DNA from: Azolla caroliniana
Taxonomy: Eukaryota > Plantae > Polypodiophyta
DNA length: 64,000 nucleotides
Direction of reading: 5' to 3'
Assembly: GCA_043228905.1 (NCBI GenBank)
Contig: JBHGNT010000017.1
Coordinates: 12,834,001-12,898,000 of the forward strand
Below, piece by piece: positions 24,183 to 36,500 of this stretch. A model generated the notes under the pieces. That model ran no database searches, was not told the origin of the DNA, and worked only from the letters and a program-made list of their open reading frames with translations. A program made the position numbers and the translations under genes. The stretch's first letter is position 1; each line of letters starts with the position of its first letter.

Positions 24183-24244
<62 letters not shown>

Positions 24245-24405
24245 CCCTTTGTCTAGGATCCAAGGCCTTAGCCTTAGCCTTCGCCGGCGCCCGTCGCGCG
24301 TGCGGTTAGGACGACGACGTGGGTCCCTCGATTTTAGTTGTCGTCGTGGAGCATTTTTGCACAGGCCTCTCCGGCACTAGTACCTCGGACCGCAGAGCAT
24401 TGTTG

Positions 24406-24524
24406 TGGTGCGGTCATACCAGTGCTAATACACAGGATCCCATCAGAACTCCGTAGTTAGGCGTGCTTGTTCCAGAACGGTACTGGGATGGGTGACCTCC
24501 CGGGAAGTCCTGGTGTTGCACCCT
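24406..24524 (+). rRNA. 5S rRNA gene (diverged, possibly a pseudogene)
   Basis: Full length, about 9 substitutions including Box A. Confidence 0.75.
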
Positions 24525-25009
24525 TTTTTCTTCGAGCCGTGTTCTTTTTGTGGAGAGTACTGCCGTGTTCTTTTTGTGGAGAGTACTGGGATGGGTGACC
24601 TCCGGGGAAGTCTTGCGCATGGGTTGCGTTCTTCTCGCGCCCGAGCCGTTCCCGTGCGTGTGCGCTCCTGGCATTCTTAGAGGCGGACGAGAGCGTAGGA
24701 TGGGTGAAGCGCCGAGGGGCATTGCCGTTCGGTCTGGGTTAAGTGCGTCGTCCGGATCAAGGAGAGGGCGTAAGAGGCTATTGTGTGGGCGTGGGCGGCG
24801 AGGTTCGAATCCGGGTCAGGGAAGATATATATATATATATATATGTACCCCTTTGTCTAGGATCCAAGGCCTTAGCCTTAGCCTTCGCCGGCGCCCGTCG
24901 CGCGTGCGGTTGGGACGACGACGTGGGTCCCTCGATTTTAGTTGTCGTCGTAGAGCATTTTTGCACAAGCCTCTCTGGCACTAGTACCTCGGACCGCAGA
25001 GCATTGTTG

Positions 25010-25040
25010 TGGTGCGGTCATACCAGCGCTAATACACCGG
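25010..25040 (+). pseudogene. 5' part (nt 1-31) of a 5S gene split by the gypsy insertion; remainder at ~37780-37871
   Basis: TGGTGCGGTCATACCAGCGCTAATACACCGG|TGTCG...; resumes as CAGG|ATCCCATCAG after the 3' LTR. Confidence 0.95.
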
Positions 25041-25709
25041 TGTCGTGAAGAAAACCGTCCATAGGCGGAATTGGCGCACCAAGGCGTGGGAACCGGTTCT
25101 TCACGCGCGCACGCTCCAAGTTGTACATAGAAGCGAATTAGGAGGATAATCGGCAGGAACGGGCCCTAACACAAGTGGAGACAAAGACCGCGCGAACAGT
25201 GTTTTCGGTCGCGCGCGCGAGCTAAGGAACTGTACGAGTCGGCGGCGTAACTATGCGGATGCGTGAAGAACGGAGTGGATCCCTGTCCAAAAGGGACAGG
25301 GAATAAAGCTGACATGACGGCCTGCTCGTCGGCCTATATATGGAGCAGGAAAGAGCTGTTGCAGGCATCTCGCGCAGAGAGGACGAAGTGCTGCCGGACC
25401 GTTTCTGGACGCTTCTCTCTCTGTTTCCTTCCTTCTTGAGGTCCATAGCTTTTCTGTGCAGGGTTCCGAGGAGGCTCGCGCTGTTTCGAGGAACGCCCGA
25501 GTGCTTCCGGCAACACCTCCTGTCGAATACAAGTGTATAATGGACGTATTCACACTATCCCTTTCTATAGATCAAGTTTGGGCCATTTGTGTAATTAGCA
25601 TAAATGGTAGTTACCCTAAGTCGGTCACTATATATAGTGACCTTGTAACCTTTTGTAAGGTTGGGTTGTATTATTGTTTCTATTGAATAGAAAGACTCTT
25701 TTGTGCCTC

Positions 25710-25741
<32 letters not shown>

Positions 25742-26492
25742 GTGCACGATCTTAGAAACTGTCATACGCAGGTACTCAACCCCAATCGAATGCTACTTGA
25801 TCTTCCGCATTGACGGCCTTGTCTTCAACATCTGGTATCAGAGCCTGCACAGTATTCGGTCCTTCAACCCGCTGTCGGCCGTCGTCTTAGCCTGCACAGC
25901 ATTCGGTTTCTTGCGTCATTCGAAGAAGAGAGAAGAAGAAGAAAAAACGAGGCTTGCATCTCATCGCGTTAGATCATCTTCGCTTGGAGTAAGCCAGCCG
26001 GTTGTACTCTGTTCCTTGTGATCGTAACCGCTCGAGGTGAAATCCCCTTGTGCAACATTGACACGATCGTGCTCCACTCGGTTAAACGGCATCCGAAGAG
26101 GTCATCAAACGCTGCTCGCCGCTCATTGTAACCACTCGGTGCAGATCGGTCTCAAGACAACAACCCAAATTCGTGCTTCATCCGGCTGATCGACATTCGG
26201 GAGGATCAGTTGGATCCGTCTCTCTCGTCGCTGCAGTCACCCGAAGCGAATATATATATATTCGGAAGCGAACCGGGCTCACTCCGACTCGGCAACATTC
26301 GGGAAGACCAGTCGGTTCTGTCCCTCAAGTTACCGGAGTCAATTCGAGCAAGTTCAACAATACATATATCCGAAGCCGAACCGACTCGGGTTCAAATCCG
26401 ACTAGAACGATATCGGGTGAGCCAACCGGCTGCACTCCAACAAGGTTCGTAGTCAACTCCGAACCGAGCTTCGTCAACCGAAACCAAATTTG

Positions 26493-27272
26493 ATGGCATC
26501 AACATCCGGCTCGTCAGAAATGAGTCTACGAAAGTTCGATGGATCGAACTTCAACTTCTGGAAGGAGCAAATGCAGGACTATCTCATAGTCAAGGGGCAA
26601 ATCGATCCCATCGAAAATGAAGAACCTCCAGAAGGATACAAACCAATTGAGTGGCAGAAGCTGGACAGAATCGTCCGCGCCACGATTCGGATGCACCTAT
26701 CGGAATCGGTATACTTTACGGTGCAATCGTGTACGACAGCATTCGAACTGTGGAAAACACTGTCGGGCACCTACGAAAAGAAGGTCGCTGCAACGAAGAT
26801 GTTTCTGATTCGGCGCCTCTACAACTTGCGGATGAAAGAATCAGACTCGGTTCAAGCACATCTCAATGAGTACGAAAGCATAAGCTCCCAAATCTCATCT
26901 CAGGGGACGGCAATCGAGGATGAACTCAGAGCAATGATACTCATGAGCAGCCTTCCCTCATCATGGGAAACTTTCGTCACAACCGTGTGCAACGCGTCAA
27001 CCACGGCTGTTAAATACTCCGAAGTCACGAGCGCAATCCTGACCGAAGCAGCTCGGAGAAAGTCTTTCGCCAAAGACTCAACAAACGACGCTTATGTAGT
27101 ACAAGGTTCGACAGAACGATCGAACATACGAGGAAGAGATTCCTCACGGCAGCCGAACAATCAGCGAAGACGGAGCCAGTCACGGGATAATCGAATCTGC
27201 AACTATTGCAAGAAACCCGGACACATCAAAGCCGACTGCCGCGCACTCAAGAACAAGAACGACAAGTCTTAG
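26493..27272 (+). CDS. gag: copia Gag with CCHC zinc knuckle
   Basis: KFDGSNFNFWK, LYNLRMKE, SSLPSSWETF, CNYCKKPGHIKADC; ends at a TAG in frame with pol. Confidence 0.9.
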   Translation: MASTSGSSEMSLRKFDGSNFNFWKEQMQDYLIVKGQIDPIENEEPPEGYKPIEWQKLDRIVRATIRMHLSESVYFTVQSCTTAFELWKTLSGTYEKKVAATKMFLIRRLYNLRMKESDSVQAHLNEYESISSQISSQGTAIEDELRAMILMSSLPSSWETFVTTVCNASTTAVKYSEVTSAILTEAARRKSFAKDSTNDAYVVQGSTERSNIRGRDSSRQPNNQRRRSQSRDNRICNYCKKPGHIKADCRALKNKNDKS

Positions 27273-30200
27273 AAATCAGACAAGAAGAGTGGCCGGCATG
27301 AGGAGATCAATTACGTCAGCTTCTCAGCTGATGTGCTACCAAACGACCCGAATATACTATCAATCGAAAATCCAGTCGGATCAGAAGTTCTGCTCACGAC
27401 TGAAGAATCGAGCACATGGCTCTTAGATTCGGGCGCGTCATTTCACGTGACTCCTCATCGATCCCAATTTCGGCAATATACGATCCGTCACTCCGACTCA
27501 GTTCGAGTCGGCAACTCGCAATACTGTGACATCATTGGAATCGGCACAGTAGAGCTCAACCTTGCAGGTGGCTCTACACTTGTACTTCACATTGTCCGAC
27601 ATGTACCCGAGCTCTCAAGGCCATTGATCTCAGTCGGACAACTAGATGAAGACGGCATTCGTGCCGGTTTTTCTTCGGGAGGGTGGACACTCCACAGGGG
27701 GAACCTCCTGCTTGCTAGAGGACCCAAGATACACTCACTGTATCCGTTACATGTTACGCTCAGAGAGGGTAACCTGTTTTTGGTGGATATTCCTGTGTCA
27801 TCACTATGGCACAGAAGATTAGGACACCTCAGCAAGGCCGGCATTACGCACCTATCTAGAGCCGGATACATCCCTAAACTCTCCTTCTCGGACCATCAAT
27901 TCTGCGAACATTGCCAGTATGGCAAACAAGCAGCCGCATCACATCCGACATCAGCACCAAGAGAAACGAGACCTCTCGATTTAGTCCACTCGGACGTCTG
28001 TGGCCCAATGCCGCATCAGTCTCTCTGCGGTGCCTCTTACTTCGTCAGTTTTATTGACGATTCGACTCGAAAGGTGTGGGCTTATCCAATTCGCACCAAA
28101 GATCGTGTCTTCTCGATCTTCTCCGATTGGCTCGCTATGGTAGAAAATCAAACTGACCGAAAACTGAAATGCTTTCGGACCGACAATGGGGGAGAGTTCA
28201 AATCAGAAGAATTCGTCAAATTCTGCCGACAACGCGGCATCCGACGTGAATTTACGGCACCACACAGTCCGGAGCAAAACGGGATTGCAGAACGCATGAA
28301 TCGGACAATCCAAGAACGGATAGTTTCCATGCTCCAACACTCCGGACTGTTGGATGGCTTCTGGGCAGAGGCTCTACTCACGGCAGTACACATAATCAAT
28401 ATGTCGCCAAGCAGACCTCTAGGACTTCAAATTCCTCAGGAACTATGGATCGGCAGTAAGCCGAATTACGACAAGCTGAGGATCTTCGGATGTGAGGCGT
28501 ACGCCCTTATTCCGAAAGATGATCGCCGAAAACTTGCACCTCGGTCCAGGAAATGCATTTTCCTTGGATATGGATCAGACGGCGAAATGGGATACCGACT
28601 CTGGGACCCCGAACGCAGACAAATCGTTCGAAGTTCGGACGTTGTGTTCAACGAGTCGGCTATGAATCCATCAGTCAAAACACCGATCGAAGTCCGAAGG
28701 GTAACATTTTCCGATGTGCCGACCCTTCAAGAAGGCCCCGCTCCTAACACACGGTCAGCTTCACGGGTAGCTGAACCTTACACTACCGACTCAGACAACT
28801 CTGACTCGGCACAGCAGAATAATTCGCTTTCGGACCATCCGACCTCGATACCCGATACGACCAGTCCAATCATACCTCGACGATCCGAGAGACTATCGCA
28901 ACCTCCGGAGAGGTATTCTCCTGGAATTTTCTTCACCGACGCCGGCGAACCGACGTCTTACGAAGAAGCATCGACATCTGTCGATTCAGCCACCTGGCAT
29001 CTGGCGATGGAGTCGGAAATGCACTCCATTCGGGCAAACAAGACTTGGGATCTGGTCGAATTACCTAAGAATCGACGTGCTCTTCCTTGCAAGTGGGTTT
29101 ATCGACTAAAAGAGACGTCTGATTCGACCACCCCAAAGTACAAGGCCAGATTAGTTGCGAAGGGCTTCCGACAAGAATATGGCGTCGACTTCGACGAGAT
29201 TTTTTCACCAGTGGTGAAAATGACAACCCTTCATTTTCTACTCGGCGTAGTGGCAGCCGACAACTTGGAGCTGATTCAGCTAGATGTCAAAACAACCTTC
29301 CTCCATGGTGATCTTGAAGAGGAAATTTATATGGAGCAGCCAAAAGGCTTCGTGGCAACTGGCCAAGAACATCTAGTCTGCCGACTCAGGAAGAGTCTAT
29401 ACGGCCTCAAACAGGCACCGCGACAATGGTACAAGAAGTTCGACGACTTCATCCAATCGATCGGCTTCTCAAAAAGCGATGAGGACCATTGTCTTTTCAC
29501 CAACACAGCTCAAGATGGATCACCCATCTTCCTTATCATTTACGTGGACGACATGCTAATTTCTGGACGCCACGCGGGCGAACTTGCCGATCTCATTCGG
29601 CAATTGCGGTTGAAGTTTGCCATGAAGGACCTCGGTCCGGCACGACACATACTTGGCATGAAGATTAGTCGGCATCGCGATAAAGGACATCTTTTTTTGT
29701 CTCAGACCGACTATATCGGACGTGTCTTGGAACGCTTCAACATGCAATCAGCCAAATTTGCTTCAACCCCGCTCCCCATGAATCTTCGGCTCTCTCAGCG
29801 AGACTGCCCGACATCCGGTCCGGAGGGGGAAGATATGAAGTCGGTACCGTATGCACCGGCAGTCGGCTCCCTTATGTACCTGATGGTCGCGACACGGCCT
29901 GATATCTCTCATGCCGTAGGAGTCGTTAACAGATTTATGCACAATCCTGGCCGATCGCATTGGAACGCAGTCAAGCATGTGTTCAAATATCTGGCTGGCA
30001 CAAAAGACCACGGCATTCTTTTCGGTCCGAACTCAACCTCAGGCGTAGTCGGTTACACCGACTCGGACTTCGCCGGCTGTATAGACAGTCGGAAATCAAC
30101 AACCGGATACTGCTTCAAATTCGGCAATGGCGCAATTTCATGGAAGTCGAAACTTCAGGAGTGCACAACGACCTCAACGACCGAAGCAGAATATGTAGCT

Positions 30201-30524
30201 GCGTCCGACGCTGCAAAAGAAGCTTTGTGGCTCGGCCGGCTGGCGCACGCATTTCGACAAGTCGACCATGACTCGGCCCCAGTTGTCTATAGCGACAGTC
30301 AAGGTGCTGTTGCCTTGTTGAAAAATCCGGTTCACCACAACGCCTCCAAACATATCGACGTTCGATATCACTTCATTCGGGACTGCGTCATTTCAGGGAA
30401 AATCGGTCTAGAGAAAATATCCACAACCGACAATGTCGCAGATGGAATGACCAAGTGTCTTTCGGCAGACCGCTTTCGGTCCCTTCGGCATCAGATGGGC
30501 GTAACGACAAACCAGTCCGGTTAG
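27273..30524 (+). CDS. pol: copia Pol (PR-INT-RT-RH), open reading frame in phase with gag
   Basis: WLLDSGASFH, LWHRRLGH, VHSDVCGP, RTDNGGEF, QNGIAER, YVDDM, DSDFAG. Confidence 0.93.
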   Translation, partial: KSDKKSGRHEEINYVSFSADVLPNDPNILSIENPVGSEVLLTTEESSTWLLDSGASFHVTPHRSQFRQYTIRHSDSVRVGNSQYCDIIGIGTVELNLAGGSTLVLHIVRHVPELSRPLISVGQLDEDGIRAGFSSGGWTLHRGNLLLARGPKIHSLYPLHVTLREGNLFLVDIPVSSLWHRRLGHLSKAGITHLSRAGYIPKLSFSDHQFCEHCQYGKQAAASHPTSAPRETRPLDLVHSDVCGPMPHQSLCGASYFVSFIDDSTRKVWAYPIRTKDRVFSIFSDWLAMVENQTDRKLKCFRTDNGGEFKSEEFVKFCRQRGIRREFTAPHSPEQNGIAERMNRTIQERIVSMLQHSGLLDGFWAEALLTAVHIINMSPSRPLGLQIPQELWIGSKPNYDKLRIFGCEAYALIPKDDRRKLAPRSRKCIFLGYGSDGEMGYRLWDPERRQIVRSSDVVFNESAMNPSVKTPIEVRRVTFSDVPTLQEGPAPNTRSASRVAEPYTTDSDNSDSAQQNNSLSDHPTSIPDTTSPIIPRRSERLSQPPERYSPGIFFTDAGEPTSYEEASTSVDSATWHLAMESEMHSIRANKTWDLVELPKNRRALPCKWVYRLKETSDSTTPKYKARLVAKGFRQEYGVDFDEIFSPVVKMTTLHFLLGVVAADNLELIQLDVKTTFLHGDLEEEIYMEQPKGFVATGQEHLVCRLRKSLYGLKQAPRQWYKKFDDFIQSIGFSKSDEDHCLFTNTAQDGSPIFLIIYVDDMLISGRHAGELADLIRQLRLKFAMKDLGPARHILGMKISRHRDKGHLFLSQTDYIGRVLERFNMQSAKFASTPLPMNLRLSQRDCPTSGPEGEDMKSVPYAPAVGSLMYLMVATRPDISHAVGVVNRFMHNPGRSHWNAVKHVFKYLAGTKDHGILFGPNSTSGVVGYTDSDFAGCIDSRKSTTGYCFKFGNGAISWKSKLQECTTTSTTEAEYVAASDAAKEALWLGRLAHAFRQVDHDSAPVVYSDSQGAVALLKNPVHHNASKHIDVRYHFIRDCVISGKIGLEKISTTDNVADGMTKCLSADRFRSLRHQMGVTTNQSG

Positions 30525-30904
30525 AGCCGGACACAGCGCAGGATGGTTTCCGACAACCGACATCAGTTCCCTAATGATCGGCTTCAACTCTTCCGACCCG
30601 ACCAGTCCGGTCTTCTGCCTTCGGACCCTGCCGACTCGAACAAAACTGATATGTCCGAGAACCTAGGTTTATACCTGTAATCTTAGATAACCCATGTATA
30701 CGCCCATTACGGGGGAGTGTCGAATACAAGTGTATAATGGACGTATTCACACTATCCCTTTCTATAGATCATGTTTGGGCCATTTGTGTAATTAGCATAA
30801 ATGGTAGTTGCCCTAAGTCGGTCACTATATATAGTGACCTTGTAACCTTTTTGTAAGGTTGGGTTGTATTATTGTTTCTATTGAATAGAAAGACTCTTTT
30901 GTGC

Positions 30905-30945
<41 letters not shown>

Positions 30946-31356
30946 GTGCACGACCTTAGAAACTGTCATACGCAGGTACTCAACCCCAATCGAATGCTAC
31001 TTGATCTTCCGCATTGACGGCCTTGTCTTCAACACCTCCGACCTGCTACCCCTTTGTGCGTCGAAGCGAACAAGCATCGGCATCTGTTCGCCGGCCTGTT
31101 CGGTTGTAGCCAACCTGTGCCCCATCGAGGGTTGTAGTCGTGTTAGCCATTTTTGTTAATATACATATTTAGTCATTCGCATTTGTCTGTGTCGGTGTCT
31201 GTTCGCGTTCTCCGTGCTGAAGGGCCGTGTCCCTGTGTATCCCCGGTCCTGCGTAGCCGGTTCTCTCTCTTTCTCCTCCCTCGCTTGCTCTTTGGTTCGA
31301 GACCCCCGCGGTCCCGCCTCGTTTCCAAACGCACTTGCGTAATATCTAGACATCTC

Positions 31357-31374
31357 TGGTGAACCCGACGTGAA
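31357..31374 (+). promoter_or_regulatory. Primer binding site, tRNA-Trp
   Basis: TGGTGAACCCGACGTGAA is complementary to the plant cytosolic tRNA-Trp 3' end (…TTCACGTCGGGTTCACCA, recalled); 4 nt after the LTR. Confidence 0.85.
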
Positions 31375-33511
31375 GGAGGCGGCAGAAGAGCAGAAGATGA
31401 GGGGGTCGGATCTTGCAGAGGCCATGGCTTCGGCCGTGGACCGGATTGTAAACGCGCGCGAGGGCACCGGTGCCCTCGACAGAGCCATTGAGGCGGTCGT
31501 CGGCACGATCGGCCGGTTCGATGGGAAGGATGCCACGAAGTATTTGGCGTCCTACGGTGCAGAGATGCTGATGCGGGACATTCCGGAAGAAAGGCGTCTT
31601 GCCGGATTTCCCCGAGTGGCGATGCCGAGCATCCATGCGGAGGTGCTCGAGGTGCGGGCGGAGAGCCGTACTTGGGAGGAGTTCGAAGGTCGGCTCCTAG
31701 AGAAATACGGGCTGGACGACGCGCTCCGGCTTTCGAAGCGAAGGTTCATGGAATGGGTGGAGTCCCCGGGGAAGGGAAGAAACGCGTCGGCACTCCTCCG
31801 GGAGTTCGAGGAAAACTTTGCGCGCCTTTCGGCGCTCGACCGAACCATCCTGGACACGAGCCGGGTCTTGCTGTTTGTCAAGTCGGTCGACGAGCGGGAT
31901 CGGGAGCAAGTGGGCCTCTTGCTGGAAACCGAAGACGGGCTCACTACCGACTGGGCGGCTGTCAAGAAAGTCTGTGGCCGTTTCGACAAACGGTGAGAAT
32001 GGGCGGATAACGGGGCAACCGGGTCGGGCTCGGTCGCAGCAAGGAAGCTCGAACCAGCGCCACAGGTGCGAAAGGAAGAGACCCGAGAATGGTTGGAAAC
32101 CGGTTCGGCTTCGACCGGCGTAGTCAGAGGCTCAACCGGAGGAGCGGCGCTGGAGGAATTGACGAGGGCGATAAAGGACCTCCAAATCGCGCAAGCCCGA
32201 AGGGAAGGTGGCGAACCGGCTCGTGACCGACGGCCGGCGGCAGGAAACAGGTGCATGTGGTGCGATGAAGTCGGCCACATTCGGAAGGACTGCGGCGACT
32301 TCGCGGAGGCGCTGAGGAACAGGGTGGTGTACCTGTGGGAAGGACGGGTGCATGCCAACGACACCCGAAGGGCCCTGAGCCGAAACGACGGGCGAGGTGG
32401 TATGAAAAGGTTGATGGAAGAGGCGGCGGCCCGACACGCGGAAACCGTCCACTACTCGGCGTCGGCCGGCATTCGAGTCGGGGGCGGCGAGGCCCGAAGG
32501 GAAAGCAAAGCCGGATTCTGGCCGACGATGCTGGAAGGCCTTGCCGGTGCAAGGCTTAAAAGGGAGGAATCGGACCGTGCGGAGAAACGGGTACGGGAGA
32601 TGACCGGGTGGAGCGACCCGGTCGAGGAAAAGACGGGCTTCGTGGAAGCCGCTTGCCAGAACTACGAGGCTCTGGTAGAAGAGAAGCGGGTGGGGAAACC
32701 CGGGACGACCGGGCCCTCACAACGATACGAGACCCGGTCCGGGCCACGACGGGACGAAGCCGGCGGGGCCGGTACGCAAGATAAACCCCAGAAGGGCGGG
32801 TACCGTCTGGGGACGGAGATAGAAAGGACCACGGACTTACGAAAGGTCCTGGAGGAACGGATCCTCGACAGCAAGGTGGAGCTGTCGTTACGAGAGGTGC
32901 TGGGAATCGCCAAGAAGGAGTTCCACGACTCCATTGTGGACTTGGTGAAACGGAAGAGGCTGTCAACGGAGACAGAACCGGAAAGACCGGTGGAAGTGCA
33001 GACGACGCACCTAGACGACATGGCGCTGGGAGACGAGTGGGCGGAAAGCCACTATTCGAGACCACACTGGGCCCGAGCGACCACGGAAACCCCGGTGAAG
33101 ATCGGCGATGTCCAGGAACCGGTGATAGCTTTGGTGGACTTCAATTTGATGTCCATGGACTTCTATAAGAAGGGCAAATGGCCGATCAACACCAAGCACG
33201 GGTGGAAAATAAGGGCAGCAACGCGCGCCACCGAGGAACTGCACGGGGCCTGTCCGAATGTGCGAGTCAAGATCGGCGACGTCGAGATTGACCAGCACTT
33301 CTTCGTGCAGGAGACGTCTTCGCATCCGGTCATACTGGGAGAGCCGTACATCACGGCGGCGCGAATGGAGACCAAGGTGCTGGACAATGGTTCGGCCTAC
33401 GCGAGGGTCAAAAGCGAAGACGGGCGCCATTCGGTCCAGTTTCTGACGGTACGGCTGAACCACGAACGTAACCGCGACTCCCTCGGTTCCGAAAACCGAG
33501 AGGATTTTTAG
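31370..33511 (+). pseudogene. gypsy gag-protease ORF with an in-frame TGA (31994-31996) and an apparent deletion at the protease active site
   Basis: FDGKDATKYL, CMWCDEVGHIRKDC knuckle, ALVD-FNLMS lacking the D-x-G motif, ILGEPY; both ORF pieces share one frame. Confidence 0.88.
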
Positions 33512-36500
33512 AGAGGACTGCCAAGGCGTGGGGCCGCGACAGTCCGGATGCTCCGGGAAAACCCCACATCTGTACGATAAAACCGTGTACAATAGGTAGG
33601 AAATTTTGCTTCTCCGACAGCGGAGCATGTACGATGGTCGGCATCGCCGGCCGAGAGAAAACAAAGACGGAGGGGAGACTTCGAGCGTGCGGAGTTCTCG
33701 GCCTTGACGAAGAAATCAGTGGCGCCGTGGAGGCGGTCTCCTTCGACGACACCTTGGGAATGCTGGGGAAGGTAGTCGAAGAAGACCTTAACGAAGACCG
33801 GACGATACTGGTATGTTCCGAAGAAATGTACGAAGTCATCGCGGACTTTGGTCGGGGGCTCGAGTCGGATCGGACGGCCCGAGTAAGCACCAAGTACAAG
33901 ACTGTGGACCGGAAGGTAAGGCCAGTCGCGGTACCGTTACCGGAGGGCAGCGAGTCGCGAATCAAAGGGGTTGCATCGGACCCCAGCTTACGAGATCCGG
34001 CCTGTATAGGACACACCTTCACCAACGAGACGCTCCGGGAGCTCAAAATCGGTGGGGGCGGGTTCCTACTACCGGCGGAGGAAGACCGGTTTCGGAGAAT
34101 GCTCGGAAGGCACGGGAAAGCCTTCGCAGTCTCACCGGAGGAAATCGGGTGCGTAAACCCGACGATCGTAGAGCCGATGGTGATATTCACGGTACCGCAT
34201 GTACCGTGGAATCTCAAGCCAATTCCGGTTCCGAGAGCTCACATCCCGAAGTTGATGGAGCTGTTGAAGCAGAAAGTTGATATGGGCATTCTCGAGCCGT
34301 CGAGCGCCCTGTATTCAAACCGATGGTTTACTGTACCAAAGAAAAACGGATCATTGCGCTTCATTCAGGACCTGCAACCGGTCAATAGGGTGACCATTCG
34401 GAACGTAGGGATTGGACCGACCATAGACGAGTTCGCGGAGGCCTTCGCCGGAAGGTCGATTTACTCGGTCGGTGATCTATACTCAGGGTACGACCAGTTC
34501 CAGCTAGCCGTGGAGAGCAGAGACATTACGACGATGCGAACTCCCCTCGGCCTAGTGCGGATGTGTACGCTGCCGCAAGGATGGACCAACTCGGTGGCCC
34601 ACATGGTGAATGCGATGAACAAGGTTCTGAGGGACTGCATCCCGGACATCACCATGCCGTTTCTGGACGACATCCCGATCAAGGGATGCCCGGTAGCAGA
34701 AAAGGACGAGACGATCGGGCCGGACGGATGCCGGCGATTCGTGGTGACGCACATCGACGACTGCGAGAAGGTGCTGCAAAGGCTAGAGGCTGCGAGGCTC
34801 ACCTTCTCGGGGGAGAAATCAGCCTTCGGGCAGTCGGAAATCATGGTGGTCGGACATTTATGTGGACCATATGGCCGGAAACCGTCTCCGGCAAAGGTAG
34901 AAGCCATCTCCGCGATGAAGCCTGATTGCAGCTCGGTCACGGAAGTACGAAGATTCTTGGGAGCATGCGCCTTCTACCACATATGGATCCCGCATTACGC
35001 GCACGTCGCGGAGCCGCTGTACGGATTATTGAAGAAAGGGCGAAGATTCGAATGGCTAGACAAGCACACGGAGTCGGTCCGGAAGCTGAAGGAGGCTCTT
35101 TCGGCAGCACCGGCGCTCCGAAAGGCCGTCTACAGGAAGGGCACCCCAGTGTACATAACGGTTGACACGAGTCCGACCAGAATCGGGTGGGTCGTCAACC
35201 AAGAAGACGAGGACGGCAATCGGTTCCCGATCCGATTCGGCGCGAAGGTCCTCAGTGAGCGGCAGCGAGGATACGCCCAGGTTAAACGCGAACTCTGGGG
35301 TATCGTTTCGGCGGTGAAGGCCGACAAGGACTATCTGATCGGGACAGAGGTAATCATAGAGACGGATTGCATGCCGATTCTCGGCATGGTTTCCGGATGC
35401 GCGACGCCGGACCTGGCAATGCTCAGGTGGATAGCGTACATCAAGTCCCTGGACCTGGAAATACGACACATTTCCGGGAAAGACAACGCCATGGCCGACA
35501 TGCTTTCAAGGGCGAGATTCGATGATGAGGGCGGCATGGTTTCAGAGGACGAAGAGGTCGGCGTGGACTTCTTCGAGGCAGCATACGTAACAACCGGCGG
35601 GACGAGCACTCCGGCGCTTAACGACTTCGACGCGAGCAAGTACGACGGGGAGTGGCTGCAGATCGGCGGGTTCTTGAGGACAATGGCGCCGGATGCGTCA
35701 TGGACGAAAGACGAGGCCAACCGGATCCGGAAGAAAGCGTACCGGTTCTTTCTCCGGGATGGCTATCTATGGAAGCACCCGAAGAAGAGGGACGGCGCTC
35801 CGCTCCGGGTGGTGGCGATGAAGGAAGAACAGGAGGAGCTGCTGACGGCCTACCACGACAGCCCTTGGGCCGGACACCGTGGAACTTGGGCCACGTAAAA
35901 GAAGATAAAGGAGAAGTACTGGTGGCCGGGACTGTACCGGGACGTGCATCGATTAGTGACAACTTGCGAGAGCTGTCAGATGCACTCCGTGGTCCGACAC
36001 CGGGACGAGCTTCACCCTACGTACCCTCCGACCATCCACTTCAAATGGATGGTAGATCTGGTGACGATGCCAATGGGGGTAGGACAGATGCGGTACCTGG
36101 TGCTAGCGCGGGAGGATCTGACGAACCAGGTGGAAGGCCGGGCCCTTCCGAACAAAACGACCGCGGCCGTATGTCGGTTCCTAATCGAGGACGTGATATG
36201 CCGGTACGGGTGCGTCGGGAAGATCGTGGCTGACCGAGGGGAGTTGGACGCCGAAGAAGCCGCGGAGCTGTTCGACCGGCTGGGAGTCAAGCTCTCGCTC
36301 ACCACTGCGTACAATCCGGAGGCGAATGGAAAGGTGGAGCGCGGACACGGACCGATCGTCAAGGCGCTGGTTCGAGCATGCGGAGGCCAAGTCGGTAACT
36401 GGCTCATGTTCGGCCAGAAGCCGATCATGCCGATAGAACGGACGATCTCCTCGTGGGCAACGGTCGACTGGAGGGACGAGATGAGCCGGGAGGAGTTGTT

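Larger units (their letters stand above)
18322..25040 (+). repeat. 5S rDNA array, second block (10 full genes plus partial genes at both ends), more diverged
   Basis: Same unit with scattered substitutions and longer (TA)n tracts. Confidence 0.98.
25521..31034 (+). mobile_element. Full-length Ty1/copia (Tork/Tnt1-like) nested in the gypsy 5' LTR
   Basis: LTRs 25521-25830 and 30718-31034 (TG...CA, about 3 substitutions plus a CT-tract indel), perfect 5-bp TSD CCTCC, PBS TGGTATCAGAGCC (tRNA-iMet) 25833-25845, PPT GGGGGAG 30711-30717. Confidence 0.98.
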
